DNA of 64,000 nucleotides from Ignavibacteriales bacterium (GTDB lineage Bacteria; Bacteroidota; Ignavibacteria; UBA10030; UBA8401): assembly GCA_037443785.1 (NCBI GenBank), contig JBBINR010000003.1, forward strand, positions 11,950 through 75,949, written 5' to 3'. Shown one piece after another: positions 1 through 9,154 of this stretch; within the stretch, counting starts at the first letter, position 1; each line of letters starts with the position of its first letter. Made by a program: the position numbers and the translations under genes. The notes beneath the pieces were generated by a model. The model worked only from the letters and a program-made list of their open reading frames with translations. It searched no databases and was not told where the DNA came from.

Positions 1-558
1 GTCCGCAACAAACACATCACCAACTTCAAGGCGAGCAGCATCACGTTCGACGTAGGGAAGAAATTTATCCTTCAGCGCTTTGTCACCTTCACGCATCCGA
101 GTCCACACGAGACGGTTCTGTTCGTAAAAGTCTGCAGCATATCTGCGATACGTCATATCGGATGATGAAACAGGAATGCCGTGCATCGACAATCTGTATT
201 TTGTGTGCGCAATGCATTTGCCGATGTCGAGCGCACGCGGGTCGAGAAGTAGATCGACAAAAACTTTCATTTCGATCTCGGACAATTTGCGCTGACTGAT
301 ATTTTTGTATTTATAGTTAGGTGCAAGCGCGTCAACATCGCCGCCTGTATCGGTCAATTGTTTTTTCCATCGCTCTGCAGTTTTGAATGAAACCGAACCA
401 AGAACTTTGAAAATGTCCGGCAGCAGCTTACCGAGATTATATGCGTCGATAAACATTTGCTTTGCCGGGAGCTTCAACGCTGCAGATTCGTACGACTTAC
501 TGTAATTGGCAAGAAAGTCCGACTTGGCAAGTGCAATATTTTTTTGTTTGTCGTTCAT
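1..558 (-). CDS. Hypothetical phage protein (3' end truncated by window edge)
   Basis: Open minus-strand frame starting at ATG 558-556 (MNDKQKNIALAKSDFLANYSK...). It lies downstream of the portal and morphogenesis genes. Confidence 0.45.
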   Translation of the reverse strand, partial: MNDKQKNIALAKSDFLANYSKSYESAALKLPAKQMFIDAYNLGKLLPDIFKVLGSVSFKTAERWKKQLTDTGGDVDALAPNYKYKNISQRKLSEIEMKVFVDLLLDPRALDIGKCIAHTKYRLSMHGIPVSSSDMTYRRYAADFYEQNRLVWTRMREGDKALKDKFLPYVERDAARLEVGDVFVAD

Positions 559-756
559 TTCATCGTTCCTTTTGTGATTCGTTTTCCGCTTGATCTAAAA
601 TTCGTTGATGCGTCAAGCGGTCGATTCTTTTCAGCAGATTTTTTTTATTGCAGAGAGGATTTCCTGTTTTGAAAATGTTCAATTGAGAAATCCGTGCTAT
701 CCTGTCGGGATGATGTGAAACGTCCTTCATTGTGTAAACCATAAAGCCTCCGATTG

Positions 757-1314
757 TTATTTTACAGTCTGTAATTTTGCAGCAAGTTCGTTTGCAACTT
801 CCTTCGTTACATCAGGCGTCATCTTTATTGCAAGTTGGTTCTTTTGTTCGTTCGACAATCCAAAAAATTTCCACAGCTTCCGGCTTCGACCCGCTCCGCT
901 GATATTCAGATAAAACGCTTTGTCGGAATTTTCTTTTGTCCAAAATCCAAGTATCACTCCGTTGTCTGTATAGTTGACAATCTTCATGTCGCGCAGCATC
1001 TTGCCGGTTGCTTCAAGAAAGTTGTTGATCATGTCAGGATAGACTTTCAATTTGAAGTCTGCATAGCCGCCAAGAATAATCATTCCAAGTTTCCCGGACT
1101 TCTTACTGTGAACGATGTCATACAATTTTCCTTCGCCAGATTTTCCGCCGAGCCGAGAAACAATTTTTTTGTTGTATGGCATAAAGAACGGCTTCGTGGA
1201 ATACTTGTATGCTTTGCCGTTCACATCAACGCCTTTGGCGATATTTTCTTCAATCATGCCGAGTGCAATCGTTCCGGCTTTCGTTAAAACTTTTTCAGAC
1301 AGCTTCAATTGCAT
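757..1314 (-). CDS. Hypothetical phage head-morphogenesis-region protein
   Basis: 185-aa ORF co-oriented with and downstream of the portal; no recognisable motif. Confidence 0.45.
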   Translation of the reverse strand: MQLKLSEKVLTKAGTIALGMIEENIAKGVDVNGKAYKYSTKPFFMPYNKKIVSRLGGKSGEGKLYDIVHSKKSGKLGMIILGGYADFKLKVYPDMINNFLEATGKMLRDMKIVNYTDNGVILGFWTKENSDKAFYLNISGAGRSRKLWKFFGLSNEQKNQLAIKMTPDVTKEVANELAAKLQTVK

Positions 1315-1499
1315 TTCTCCTGTTGTGCGAACGGCGCTTCAAATAATAAAATGGTTACAACAACTCTCCCTGTTGTGTTGCACCGTCCGCACGGTTTCGA
1401 TTTCGTTTCCGAGTCGTGACCTGACGTTCTTTCGGAATAGCGAATCATACCTTCACCTTTACAATCGCTGCAGACTTCGATGAAAGAAATTTTATTCAC
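1305..1499 (-). CDS. Small zinc-ribbon protein (CxxC...CxxC)
   Basis: 64 aa with CSDCKGEG ... CGRCNTTG. Overlaps the portal stop by 4 nt, i.e. translationally coupled. Confidence 0.4.
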   Translation of the reverse strand: MNKISFIEVCSDCKGEGMIRYSERTSGHDSETKSKPCGRCNTTGRVVVTILLFEAPFAQQEKCN

Positions 1500-2650
1500 G
1501 GTAACTCACTTGCATTGATCGGCGTAAACAGTTTGTCACCTTGCTGAGGCGGAGTGAATCCAGCCTTTTTATAAACTTCATCTTCACGCATCGGAAGAAA
1601 TTTGTGCAGCACATCGATTGCCGCTGCATTCTTTTCTATATCCTGTTCTTCGGCAATGTTGAATTCAAACTTTACCGGAAGGTCATCGATTGCTGCGTCG
1701 GATTTATAATTCAACTTGTAATCGATCAGCAGCAATTGTTTCATCAGTGCTTCAACGCGGTTCATGTCCGTATAAAAAATATCGGCACTGACAAGTTTTA
1801 AGATTTCGATTGCCGCACGGCTGCCGCCGTTGTTCGGAAGTTCCGACGTATTCGCCTGCCCTAACATGGCAATAGAAATTTCTGCCTTGCGTTCATCGTT
1901 GAAATCTTTGAACTGCGTTCCGCCGCCTGCAGCTGCGATCTGATTCAATTTGAATTCGATCATGTCGTCAGTAACGAGGTAGTTATTCTTTACCGCATTC
2001 GCTGCCGCTGTTTCCGCTGCCGCTTGATTGTCGTCGGAGGTCCCTTTATTGATGATCTGCAAAATGCCTTTCAACTTTTTCAAATAGTTCGCATTCTCAA
2101 GCACCATGTCCCACCGCAAGATTTCAGGAATCATAACCGTGCGAAGCACACCGCCGCGCGGCAATGTTGTATAGGCATCAAAAATATATTCCGCTTGAAA
2201 TTCTGTTCTGCTGATTGCAGTGACAGTTCTGTCGGTTTTATTTTTAATGAGGAAGTGTGTGTTGCTGTAATCGAATTCATCCGGTTCAAAAAATTTTTCG
2301 ACAGAAAGGATATTACTGTCTTTTGCAGAAATAGTTTGCAGTTTTACAAGGAACGCACCATACAAGACCGTATTCAATTGTTTTTGAAGTATCGCATTGA
2401 TAGCCGGAGACAATCGTGTCTTCATCTCTTCCGCTTTTTTCTGAAACGTTGCGTCGCTCACGGTGAGATTCCACGAGAATGATGACAGCGCGCTATTGCG
2501 AGTTGTTGCATGACCGCTGATGCGAGGATTGGCAAAAAGCTGTTTGAGATATTTGAACATCACTTCCGTTGACCGCACCTTGTCGTTCGGTTCATCGGCG
2601 TTCTTGCATGCTGCGAAAAATTGGTCAAGCGTTGGGTAGAGTCGAGCCAT
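1496..2650 (-). CDS. Phage portal protein, Mu gp29-like (DUF935)
   Basis: About 385 aa immediately downstream of TerL. Start MARLYPTLDQFF at 2650 avoids overlap with the terminase. Overall similarity pattern matches the DUF935 portal family. Confidence 0.75.
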   Translation of the reverse strand: MARLYPTLDQFFAACKNADEPNDKVRSTEVMFKYLKQLFANPRISGHATTRNSALSSFSWNLTVSDATFQKKAEEMKTRLSPAINAILQKQLNTVLYGAFLVKLQTISAKDSNILSVEKFFEPDEFDYSNTHFLIKNKTDRTVTAISRTEFQAEYIFDAYTTLPRGGVLRTVMIPEILRWDMVLENANYLKKLKGILQIINKGTSDDNQAAAETAAANAVKNNYLVTDDMIEFKLNQIAAAGGGTQFKDFNDERKAEISIAMLGQANTSELPNNGGSRAAIEILKLVSADIFYTDMNRVEALMKQLLLIDYKLNYKSDAAIDDLPVKFEFNIAEEQDIEKNAAAIDVLHKFLPMREDEVYKKAGFTPPQQGDKLFTPINASELP

Positions 2651-2661
2651 GATAAAATTCC

Positions 2662-4350
2662 TTAATTGGTATAGACATCGTTGACCGGAACAGGCGGCGT
2701 TGATTTGCGTCCCGTAATTTTCCGGTCGTGAATAAATTCGTGCGCACAAATAATTGAATCCGGAGCGTCATCTTTTTTGTTTAACTTCACACCGGTGAAA
2801 GAAAAAAACTGAGCAAGGAACTTTTCGCCTTCCGGTGTCTTCGCAAATCCGGCAGGAAAAAAAACTTTGTCAGCTGCATACGCGCTTTGAAAATTTTTTG
2901 CAAGCTCGTCAACATTGTATCTTTTATATTCGATGTGCGGGAATGGCAACTTCTTTATTAAGCACCAGTTCCGAACATTGTTTGTCCAGTTGCTCTCTTG
3001 GTTCACGTTGCCGTCGAATCCGATATTCTTTACGTCGTGCGCTTTGCGCATGCGGAACACTTCATCCAATAATTTGTTGCTGTCCGCAAACGATCTGCAT
3101 AACGCTTCGGTGATGAAATAAGAATCCGTTGAGACAGAATATTTATAGACCGGCATCGCTGTCGTATCACCTTTCGATTTTTTTGAGAGGTTCGGGTCAA
3201 CCCACAACACACCGCGTGCATCGTTCGGTATCGATGTATATTCGTGATAGTGATCGCGCGTGAAGAAATCGCCTTCCGGAGGAATTGGATTTTGTTGGAA
3301 GTTCGCCTGCCAGTCACTTCCAGATTTCGGCTTCAACATTTCCTTCAGTTCGTTCTCGCTCATTGCAGAATATTTTTTGAACCATAACGAGAAGCCGTCG
3401 TATTGTTCTAACCGTGACACAGAATCTTTACTGAAGCTGACAACTTTAGAAAGTGTGGTGAATGTTTCGCGGTCAATCCATGCTTTGAACGATGTCACAG
3501 TCCATGAACGTGCAAGAATGCCTTGCTCTTGTTCAAGCGATAAACGATGCAGCGCGCCGGCTGTTGTAAAGTCGTTGCCAAGAATTAAGAATGTGCCGCC
3601 ATCGGAAAGAGATTGGAACGCTTCGGAAATTTTATCGATGCGTAGCTGCACTGCGTCGTTGCTGAATGACGATTCAAGTGTTTCGATGTCATCACCGAGA
3701 AGGAATTGCGGCCTGCCGAACAAACGAGTGTAACCGCGTAACGAACGACCTTCTGAAAATGATGCGATGTATTTCCATTCGTTCAATGCAGAAATTTTCG
3801 TCGAAGCCGATTTCTTTTTCTTTTTTCCATCGTTCATAAAAGAAAAATCTGCTGTTGCACGGAATCGGCATTGATCTGAGTTAGCTTCGGCGAATTCAAT
3901 TTTGAAATCTTCGCGGATGCGTTCATTGTCGGCGAGCAGCATAATGCAATCGCGCAAAATGTTTGCGGACTTCAAAATCGTTTCTGCATACGTTCCGGCA
4001 ATTTTTATTTTACCGCACAGCAGCATCCATAACAGCGTTGTTTTTCCTTTTGCCGTCTTACCGTGTTTTCGAGGTCCGAAAATTGTGTGCACGCCGGCAA
4101 CCTGCGCAACTTCACCGATGTAACCGTGCAACTCGCACGGCGGCGCGTAACTTTCATACATCGACGGCGGAAAATAATATTTATCGAACGCTTCATGCGA
4201 TGCGAACGCTTCTCGCAATCTTTTTTCCCGCGCTTGCGGTGTTCGTTCTGCATCGGTGAATGGCTGTACCTGCGACAACATCGCTGCAAGTTCTGCGTTC
4301 GCTTCAAACTGCGGGAAGGTATGCTGTATGTGTGAAAAAGTATTTTCCAT
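2662..4350 (-). CDS. Phage terminase large subunit
   Basis: Walker A GPRKHGKTAKGKTT, Walker B-like LLGDDIE, and C-terminal nuclease-like acidic motifs (WVDPN..GDTTAM, GFDGN); 562 aa. Confidence 0.9.
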   Translation of the reverse strand: MENTFSHIQHTFPQFEANAELAAMLSQVQPFTDAERTPQAREKRLREAFASHEAFDKYYFPPSMYESYAPPCELHGYIGEVAQVAGVHTIFGPRKHGKTAKGKTTLLWMLLCGKIKIAGTYAETILKSANILRDCIMLLADNERIREDFKIEFAEANSDQCRFRATADFSFMNDGKKKKKSASTKISALNEWKYIASFSEGRSLRGYTRLFGRPQFLLGDDIETLESSFSNDAVQLRIDKISEAFQSLSDGGTFLILGNDFTTAGALHRLSLEQEQGILARSWTVTSFKAWIDRETFTTLSKVVSFSKDSVSRLEQYDGFSLWFKKYSAMSENELKEMLKPKSGSDWQANFQQNPIPPEGDFFTRDHYHEYTSIPNDARGVLWVDPNLSKKSKGDTTAMPVYKYSVSTDSYFITEALCRSFADSNKLLDEVFRMRKAHDVKNIGFDGNVNQESNWTNNVRNWCLIKKLPFPHIEYKRYNVDELAKNFQSAYAADKVFFPAGFAKTPEGEKFLAQFFSFTGVKLNKKDDAPDSIICAHEFIHDRKITGRKSTPPVPVNDVYTN

Positions 4351-4535
4351 TAGTCGTTCACCGGATTGTTTGAATCGAACTCATCGTCTGAAAAAATATT
4401 GTCAGTCTTGCGCTTCGGAATTTTTCCGCTGAGTTTTTCCTGCGGCTGTATAAACTGGCACTCGCATTGCGCAAGAGTCTTGTTGCATCGTTCACAAATT
4501 TTTGTAAAGTCAGTTTCAATTATTATTTCTTCCAT
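4350..4535 (-). CDS. Small Cys-rich phage protein (zinc-ribbon-like)
   Basis: MEEIIIETDFTKICERCNKTLAQCECQF. Its TAA overlaps the TerL ATG (TAATG). Confidence 0.4.
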   Translation of the reverse strand: MEEIIIETDFTKICERCNKTLAQCECQFIQPQEKLSGKIPKRKTDNIFSDDEFDSNNPVND

Positions 4536-4595
4536 GTTGACCTTTGATTGAATAGAGCCTGCTGCGTGCGCAAACATGCAGCAGGCGTTGCAACG

Positions 4596-4856
4596 TTACG
4601 CGAAACTACGACCGCCTTCTGCGACACCGCCCTCTCTAAAATGACTTACTTCCGGAAGCATTGCGTTGATCACTTGATGAGTAATATTTCGCAGTCCGGA
4701 ACAGATGATACGTTGATTGCGAAGTTCCTGTGTGCATGCCAGCAACAATAAGCCTTGATGTTCCGCAGATGTTTCCGCCGCGACAAGCTGCGCTTGAAGC
4801 ATCGTGAGTTCATCACGCAAAATTATTCGAGCGATTGCTTTCAAAATATTTTTCAT
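4596..4856 (-). CDS. Hypothetical phage protein
   Basis: 86-aa ORF in the co-directional early-gene string; its start overlaps the stop of the next gene. Confidence 0.4.
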   Translation of the reverse strand: MKNILKAIARIILRDELTMLQAQLVAAETSAEHQGLLLLACTQELRNQRIICSGLRNITHQVINAMLPEVSHFREGGVAEGGRSFA

Positions 4857-5119
4857 AGTGCGCCCTCCGATAAATATTTTTCCGGTATCTCTTCTTTGTG
4901 CAGCGCATAGTGCAAACGGATTGCATAGTCGATCATTGCAGTGAGCGATGAGAATGTTTCCACATCGTTACCATAGACAGTTCCGTTCAATATGAAACAC
5001 CAACCGCACAGCACATCGTCATACCAAAAATTTTCGATGAAAGGATATTGCTCTGCAAGTTCTTCGTACAGACGTTCGATGCTGATAAGAAGCGACTGAC
5101 GTTTCTCTTCGATGTTCAT
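4853..5119 (-). CDS. Hypothetical phage protein
   Basis: 88-aa ORF, 4-nt overlap coupling with the downstream gene. Confidence 0.4.
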   Translation of the reverse strand: MNIEEKRQSLLISIERLYEELAEQYPFIENFWYDDVLCGWCFILNGTVYGNDVETFSSLTAMIDYAIRLHYALHKEEIPEKYLSEGAL

Positions 5120-5282
5120 TTGCGTTGCCCTTCCATTTTACTGAATGCACGTTCAAGAATTGCTTTCGCTCGTGGGTTGTATGATTCTGCGAAGCGTGAC
5201 AGTTGATGCTTTGGAATAAAATCTTTTCCGTTATCAATTTTGCTTTGTTGCGGAACTTGCTGCATTGCCATTTTTTGATTCT

Positions 5283-5480
5283 TCATTTTTGTTCCTCCGA
5301 AGTATGTTGATGAAGTTCAGTTTCTTCTAATTCACCGTATGCAAAATTCAACGATTCAATGTCTTGCTCGGCAATTTGCAATAAGTAACCGCTGCTCAAT
5401 ACAACCGCATTGCCTTCAACGCGAACGATCTTTCTACCTATCAATGCTTCTTTGGCTCCATCGCAAAGTTTTGTTGCCAT
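5283..5480 (-). CDS. Hypothetical phage protein
   Basis: 65-aa ORF, co-oriented early gene. Confidence 0.3.
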   Translation of the reverse strand: MATKLCDGAKEALIGRKIVRVEGNAVVLSSGYLLQIAEQDIESLNFAYGELEETELHQHTSEEQK

Positions 5481-5512
5481 AAATATTTTCTCCGATTAGT
5501 TAGTGATGAAAA

Positions 5513-5917
5513 TTATTTTGAAAACTTACTTGCAGGGAAAATGTAAATTCCCTTTTTGTCAGAATATTGTTTCTCTGTTAAACCATATCTCAATTTCTCA
5601 TTCAAAAATTCAACAGCGTCTTGTTTCGAGTTGAACTTCTTTACATATCCGCGTTGCGTTAAAACAAATTCATAACCGTTGAGAGAAATTCCGTGCGGGT
5701 TCCGAGCGATAATAAATTTTTCTTTTGGCACTCGCGGAGTGATCAGACCTTGTTCGATGCAGAATTGTTTTAGTGCCGCAACTTTTTTCTTTGAGATGTA
5801 GTCGAATCGTTTGTTGATGAAGTTTGATACATCGGCGCGGGTAATTTCTTTGCCGGTTTTTGAAAAAACGAAATCTTTCAAATTTGCGTTATAAGCGATT
5901 TTCATTGTTTTTTCCAA
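5513..5917 (-). CDS. Hypothetical phage early protein
   Basis: 134-aa ORF directly downstream of the cro/ner-like gene. Confidence 0.45.
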   Translation of the reverse strand: MEKTMKIAYNANLKDFVFSKTGKEITRADVSNFINKRFDYISKKKVAALKQFCIEQGLITPRVPKEKFIIARNPHGISLNGYEFVLTQRGYVKKFNSKQDAVEFLNEKLRYGLTEKQYSDKKGIYIFPASKFSK

Positions 5918-5972
5918 TAGTTAGTGGTAGTAATGTTTGGGAATTCCCAAAATCATGTTTGGAACGCGATTT

Positions 5973-6150
5973 TTACGCAGCCTTCTCGAACCGCTCGACC
6001 TCTTTTTTCATGATTTTGGCAATTCTCTTTCTATGCTTTAGTCCGGGGCGCTGTCCGGACAAAATCATGTGTGCGTAAACTTCGCTCACTCCGAGCCGCC
6101 TTCCGATCTCCGCAGAATTAAATAGCTTTGCAACGTTGTTGACTTTCATT
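5973..6150 (-). CDS. Cro/Ner-like HTH DNA-binding protein
   Basis: About 59 aa. The segment AEIGRRLGVSEVYAHMILSGQRPGLKHRKRIAKIM is helix-turn-helix-like. The gene is divergent from the cI-like repressor. Confidence 0.55.
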
Positions 6151-6171
6151 TAATTGTCTCCTATGTTTGTT

Positions 6172-6251
6172 TAGTGTTAAAAACGTTTATTACTCTAAAC
6201 CAATATAGTGAAACTCGCTACTTTTGTCAAGCAGAAAATAGTGATTATCGA
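6172..6251. promoter_or_regulatory. Candidate operator region of the prophage switch, with ATAGTGA-N3-TCG direct repeats
   Basis: TAGTG motif at 6172, 6206 and 6239, about 33 bp apart. Copies two and three share ATAGTGAnnnTCG. The region sits between divergent cro-like and cI-like genes. Confidence 0.35.
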
Positions 6252-6260
6252 AACTTTTTT

Positions 6261-6680
6261 ATGAGCGATATAACCCCTGAAAAATTAGAAGCGTTCGGTC
6301 ATTCTCTTGTGGGGAAAGGTCACGGCTGGCAAAAAAAATTTGCTGATAAACTTAAAATTCGTTCAACGCAAGTATCAAAGATGTTATTGGGTCTTGAACC
6401 GATTGGTTCTAAGATGCAGCTGCGATTGTATGAACTTGGCTACGCTGATGAAGAAGAGTTGATTGCGCGCGACGCAATCGCACATTATTCCTCTCAAAAA
6501 ATAAAAACTGCATCAGAGTGGCTTGAGCGTGAAGCGATACGTTCAAGGAATACAGAAATCTCAGAACAGATTCGCTTACTTTGCGACATCGTAAAAATTT
6601 TAGAGGTGAAACCGAAAGAGGAACTTAAACGTGCAAAAGAATTATTGCGTGCCGGAGGATTTCAAAACTCAAACCACTAA
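6261..6680 (+). CDS. cI-like prophage repressor (HTH; no S24 peptidase domain)
   Basis: N-terminal HTH-like GHGWQKKFADKLKIRSTQVSKMLLG. Divergent from the cro-like gene. No Ser-Lys autocleavage motifs. Confidence 0.55.
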   Translation: MSDITPEKLEAFGHSLVGKGHGWQKKFADKLKIRSTQVSKMLLGLEPIGSKMQLRLYELGYADEEELIARDAIAHYSSQKIKTASEWLEREAIRSRNTEISEQIRLLCDIVKILEVKPKEELKRAKELLRAGGFQNSNH

Positions 6681-6686
6681 CATACT

Positions 6687-7073
6687 ATGGAAGAAAAAAT
6701 AATTTATGAACACCGCGATATTAAAGTTTCAAATGTTCGCGCTGTTTTCGGCGATAAAACTTTTTCTATGTCGAATATAACTTCGGTGATGTTTATAAAA
6801 ATTCCGAAGGTAATACGGTTGTATGGTGTGACAATAATATTTTTTGCCATTACAATATACTACGTCTCGAAAGACAGCAGCGCAACATGGCAAATACCGA
6901 CCGCAATCTTTTTAGCTCTCATCGGCGCATTACTGATTATTTTTGATCGACAAAAATACGCAGTGAGAATTGGAACTGCAGGCGGTGAAATTAACGCGAT
7001 CATTTTGAAAAGCGAATCAGAAATAAAATCCATCGTTGATTCACTCAATGAAGCAATCATAAAGCGTGGCTAA
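6687..7073 (+). CDS. Small two-TM membrane protein co-transcribed with the repressor (candidate superinfection-exclusion or abortive-infection protein)
   Basis: Starts 7 nt after the repressor stop. Two hydrophobic helices (VIRLYGVTIIFFAITIYYV and AIFLALIGALLIIF) are flanked by soluble ends. Confidence 0.5.
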   Translation: MEEKIIYEHRDIKVSNVRAVFGDKTFSMSNITSVMFIKIPKVIRLYGVTIIFFAITIYYVSKDSSATWQIPTAIFLALIGALLIIFDRQKYAVRIGTAGGEINAIILKSESEIKSIVDSLNEAIIKRG

Positions 7074-7207
7074 TTTACCGTCACATCAAAATTATAAACT
7101 TCGTAAGATAATCGTCTTCACCGTTCTAAGTCTCAGCTGCGTCATCGTGTGGCTCTCAGTGATCTTTGATTGGTGAAGAAATGTAAATTGTCAAAGAACA
7201 AAAATTT

Positions 7208-7615
7208 TTATTGCTGCGTTGAATCGTACACAACATTGAATTCGACATACGCCGCCGCAAAGTCTGAGTAGTAACCGTCGAACTTCACCGGCTCCGCATT
7301 CTGCTGAATCATTACATCGGAAATTTCATTTACGATCTTTTCAACCTTCTCGCATAACTCAATCGCATCGAGCGCGCTGTAGATTGGATTGTCTTCACCG
7401 CCTGCGCAGGCAAAGAATGTGAACTTCGATTTTCTGATCACACTTCCTTTTTGTGAAGTTGTCCCGGGTTCCGGGTCAATATAAATCCACACGCACGGTG
7501 TCATACTCGGCATCGTACCGAATTTTCCAAAGTCAACATCAACCTTTGCAGCGGTCATCAATGCATGCTGCTGCAGTGCCGTTCGTATCGCGCTTGCCGC
7601 TTCTCGCAGTATCAT
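7208..7615 (-). CDS. Hypothetical phage protein (possible head-tail joining protein)
   Basis: 135 aa. It is the last gene of a 3-gene minus-strand cassette whose members overlap by 4 nt. Confidence 0.45.
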   Translation of the reverse strand: MILREAASAIRTALQQHALMTAAKVDVDFGKFGTMPSMTPCVWIYIDPEPGTTSQKGSVIRKSKFTFFACAGGEDNPIYSALDAIELCEKVEKIVNEISDVMIQQNAEPVKFDGYYSDFAAAYVEFNVVYDSTQQ

Positions 7616-8112
7616 CGTTTTTTCTCCATCTTGATTTTCGCAATTTCCTCATTGTAAATTTTTATCACGTCATCATTGGTTGCACCCGGTGCATAACGCC
7701 GGATGATGCGCGCGATGATTTCAGCGTCTGCTCGGTTCATGTGCGCTTCAAGTTCAACGCTTTGCAGGAACTGCCGAATGCGCGACATCTTGTAAAGAAT
7801 GCTGACCCGCGAATTCAATTTCATTTTTGGATTCATCTCAAGCATTCCGGCACAGAGCGAGAGCTGCGATTTCATCAAGCCGAGATCGTCATTTTCATCA
7901 CGCATCATTTGTGCTGCGTTTAACTGTCCCTTCGATGTGTTTTTCAGGAGTTCGGATTTTTCAGCGTGCTTCTGCAGCGCGTAACGCGCTTGGTGAATCT
8001 TCACGTGAAATTTTTTAGAAAGGTCCTGCAGCGTCGCTTCAGGATGATTGCTTTTCCAAATGGATATTTTACTCTGCAGTTGATCGGAAATAAAAATTCT
8101 TTTCTTATTCAT
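7612..8112 (-). CDS. Hypothetical phage protein with HTH-like N-terminus
   Basis: Start at MNKKRIFISDQ (ATG at 8112), 5 nt after the upstream stop. The N-terminal region HPEATLQDLSKKFHVKIHQARYAL is HTH-like. Confidence 0.45.
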   Translation of the reverse strand: MNKKRIFISDQLQSKISIWKSNHPEATLQDLSKKFHVKIHQARYALQKHAEKSELLKNTSKGQLNAAQMMRDENDDLGLMKSQLSLCAGMLEMNPKMKLNSRVSILYKMSRIRQFLQSVELEAHMNRADAEIIARIIRRYAPGATNDDVIKIYNEEIAKIKMEKKR

Positions 8113-8563
8113 TCTCGTAGAGTCCTCCCATCGTTCCAACTTTCGCCGGAGTTGTTGATGTTGAACCGCCTGCATGTTGCGCAAGAGTTTTCATTGCATT
8201 ATCATAATTCTTGGTGATGCGAGAATTATATTCCGGCGAGGTTGCTTCTAATTTTACGCTTGCAAGATATTCAAGAATCCATGCATACGGCTGTTGCATC
8301 CAATCCGGCGCTGTCGTAAACGTTCCGCACTTATCAATAATCATCGTCTCAGTATTTGCAGCGAACTTTCCAAAGTTCGTTTCATCGGCAAGAACTTTTG
8401 CGGCAGACTTGCTGAGCAGTTCTTTGATGTCGTTGTAGGTATAGAGCATGACGTCCTTTCTAAAATGATAATGCAAACATACCGCACGCAGAAAAAAAAA
8501 GTCGGGTATATGCGGATATACTCTATAATAATTTTCCCGCGTGATTAAATTTGCATCGTTCAT
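8105..8563 (-). CDS. Hypothetical phage protein
   Basis: 152-aa ORF, first gene of the divergent cassette. Confidence 0.45.
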   Translation of the reverse strand: MNDANLITRENYYRVYPHIPDFFFLRAVCLHYHFRKDVMLYTYNDIKELLSKSAAKVLADETNFGKFAANTETMIIDKCGTFTTAPDWMQQPYAWILEYLASVKLEATSPEYNSRITKNYDNAMKTLAQHAGGSTSTTPAKVGTMGGLYENE

Positions 8564-8593
8564 TTAGCAACCACATACACAGGAGAAAATTTT

Positions 8594-9121
8594 ATGAAGT
8601 TAAAAGATTTTGTTGCGCTGTTGAAAAAACTTTTGCCGGACAAGGTGAAAGAGATCGAGGAAGTTGAAAAAACAATTTCCGATGAACCGCCGACACCTCC
8701 AACTCCGAAAAAGGAACCGGAGACGGAAACGATTCCGCCAGCGCTGCAGCGGTTCATCGATTCTCAAACGGAAGCAATAAAGAATTTGTCGCAGCAGGTG
8801 AAAGACCTGAATGAGAAATCACAGTCGAATGAAAAAAATCAGCTGCAGGAAAAAATCGACACCGTGATTACGAAGGCAAAAGCTGATAAAAAAATTGCAG
8901 CGAAAGATGACGTGTCTGAAAAAATGTATCGCACGTTACTTGAAGCCAACTTCGATAATGCAAAAAAAGTGATCGAAGTATTGCCGGTCATCGGTGAAGC
9001 TGCAGCAACAAAGACGAATGTCCAAACCGCCGTGTCTCGCGGTACGCTCGGTGCAACGCAGACGGAACTCGGCAAAAAAATTGCAGAGTTCAGCGGCACT
9101 GCACAGACAAAAACTGAATAA
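8594..9121 (+). CDS. Phage scaffolding protein (putative)
   Basis: AGGAGA RBS upstream. Charged, helix-rich, with a Pro-rich linker (PPTPPTPKKEPETE). Sits immediately upstream of the major capsid gene. Confidence 0.5.
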   Translation: MKLKDFVALLKKLLPDKVKEIEEVEKTISDEPPTPPTPKKEPETETIPPALQRFIDSQTEAIKNLSQQVKDLNEKSQSNEKNQLQEKIDTVITKAKADKKIAAKDDVSEKMYRTLLEANFDNAKKVIEVLPVIGEAAATKTNVQTAVSRGTLGATQTELGKKIAEFSGTAQTKTE

Positions 9122-9154
9122 CCATTTTTTCATTATCACATAAAGGAGTAACAC

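Noticed and set aside
2024-2482. Numerous antisense or overlapping ORFs: 835-1287, 2024-2482, 3260-3733, 9583-10050, 12696-13151, 22759-23265, 37074-37367, 50683-51087, 61688-61969 and others
   Set aside because: They lie entirely within longer ORFs on the opposite strand or another frame that have clear family motifs. These are shadow ORFs.
1-6150. Transposable Mu-like phage
   Set aside because: The portal is Mu gp29-like and a ner/cro-like gene is present. However, the genes downstream of it are small (60-134 aa) with no transposase A/B. The tail is non-contractile with a G/GT chaperone and tape measure, i.e. siphovirus-like.
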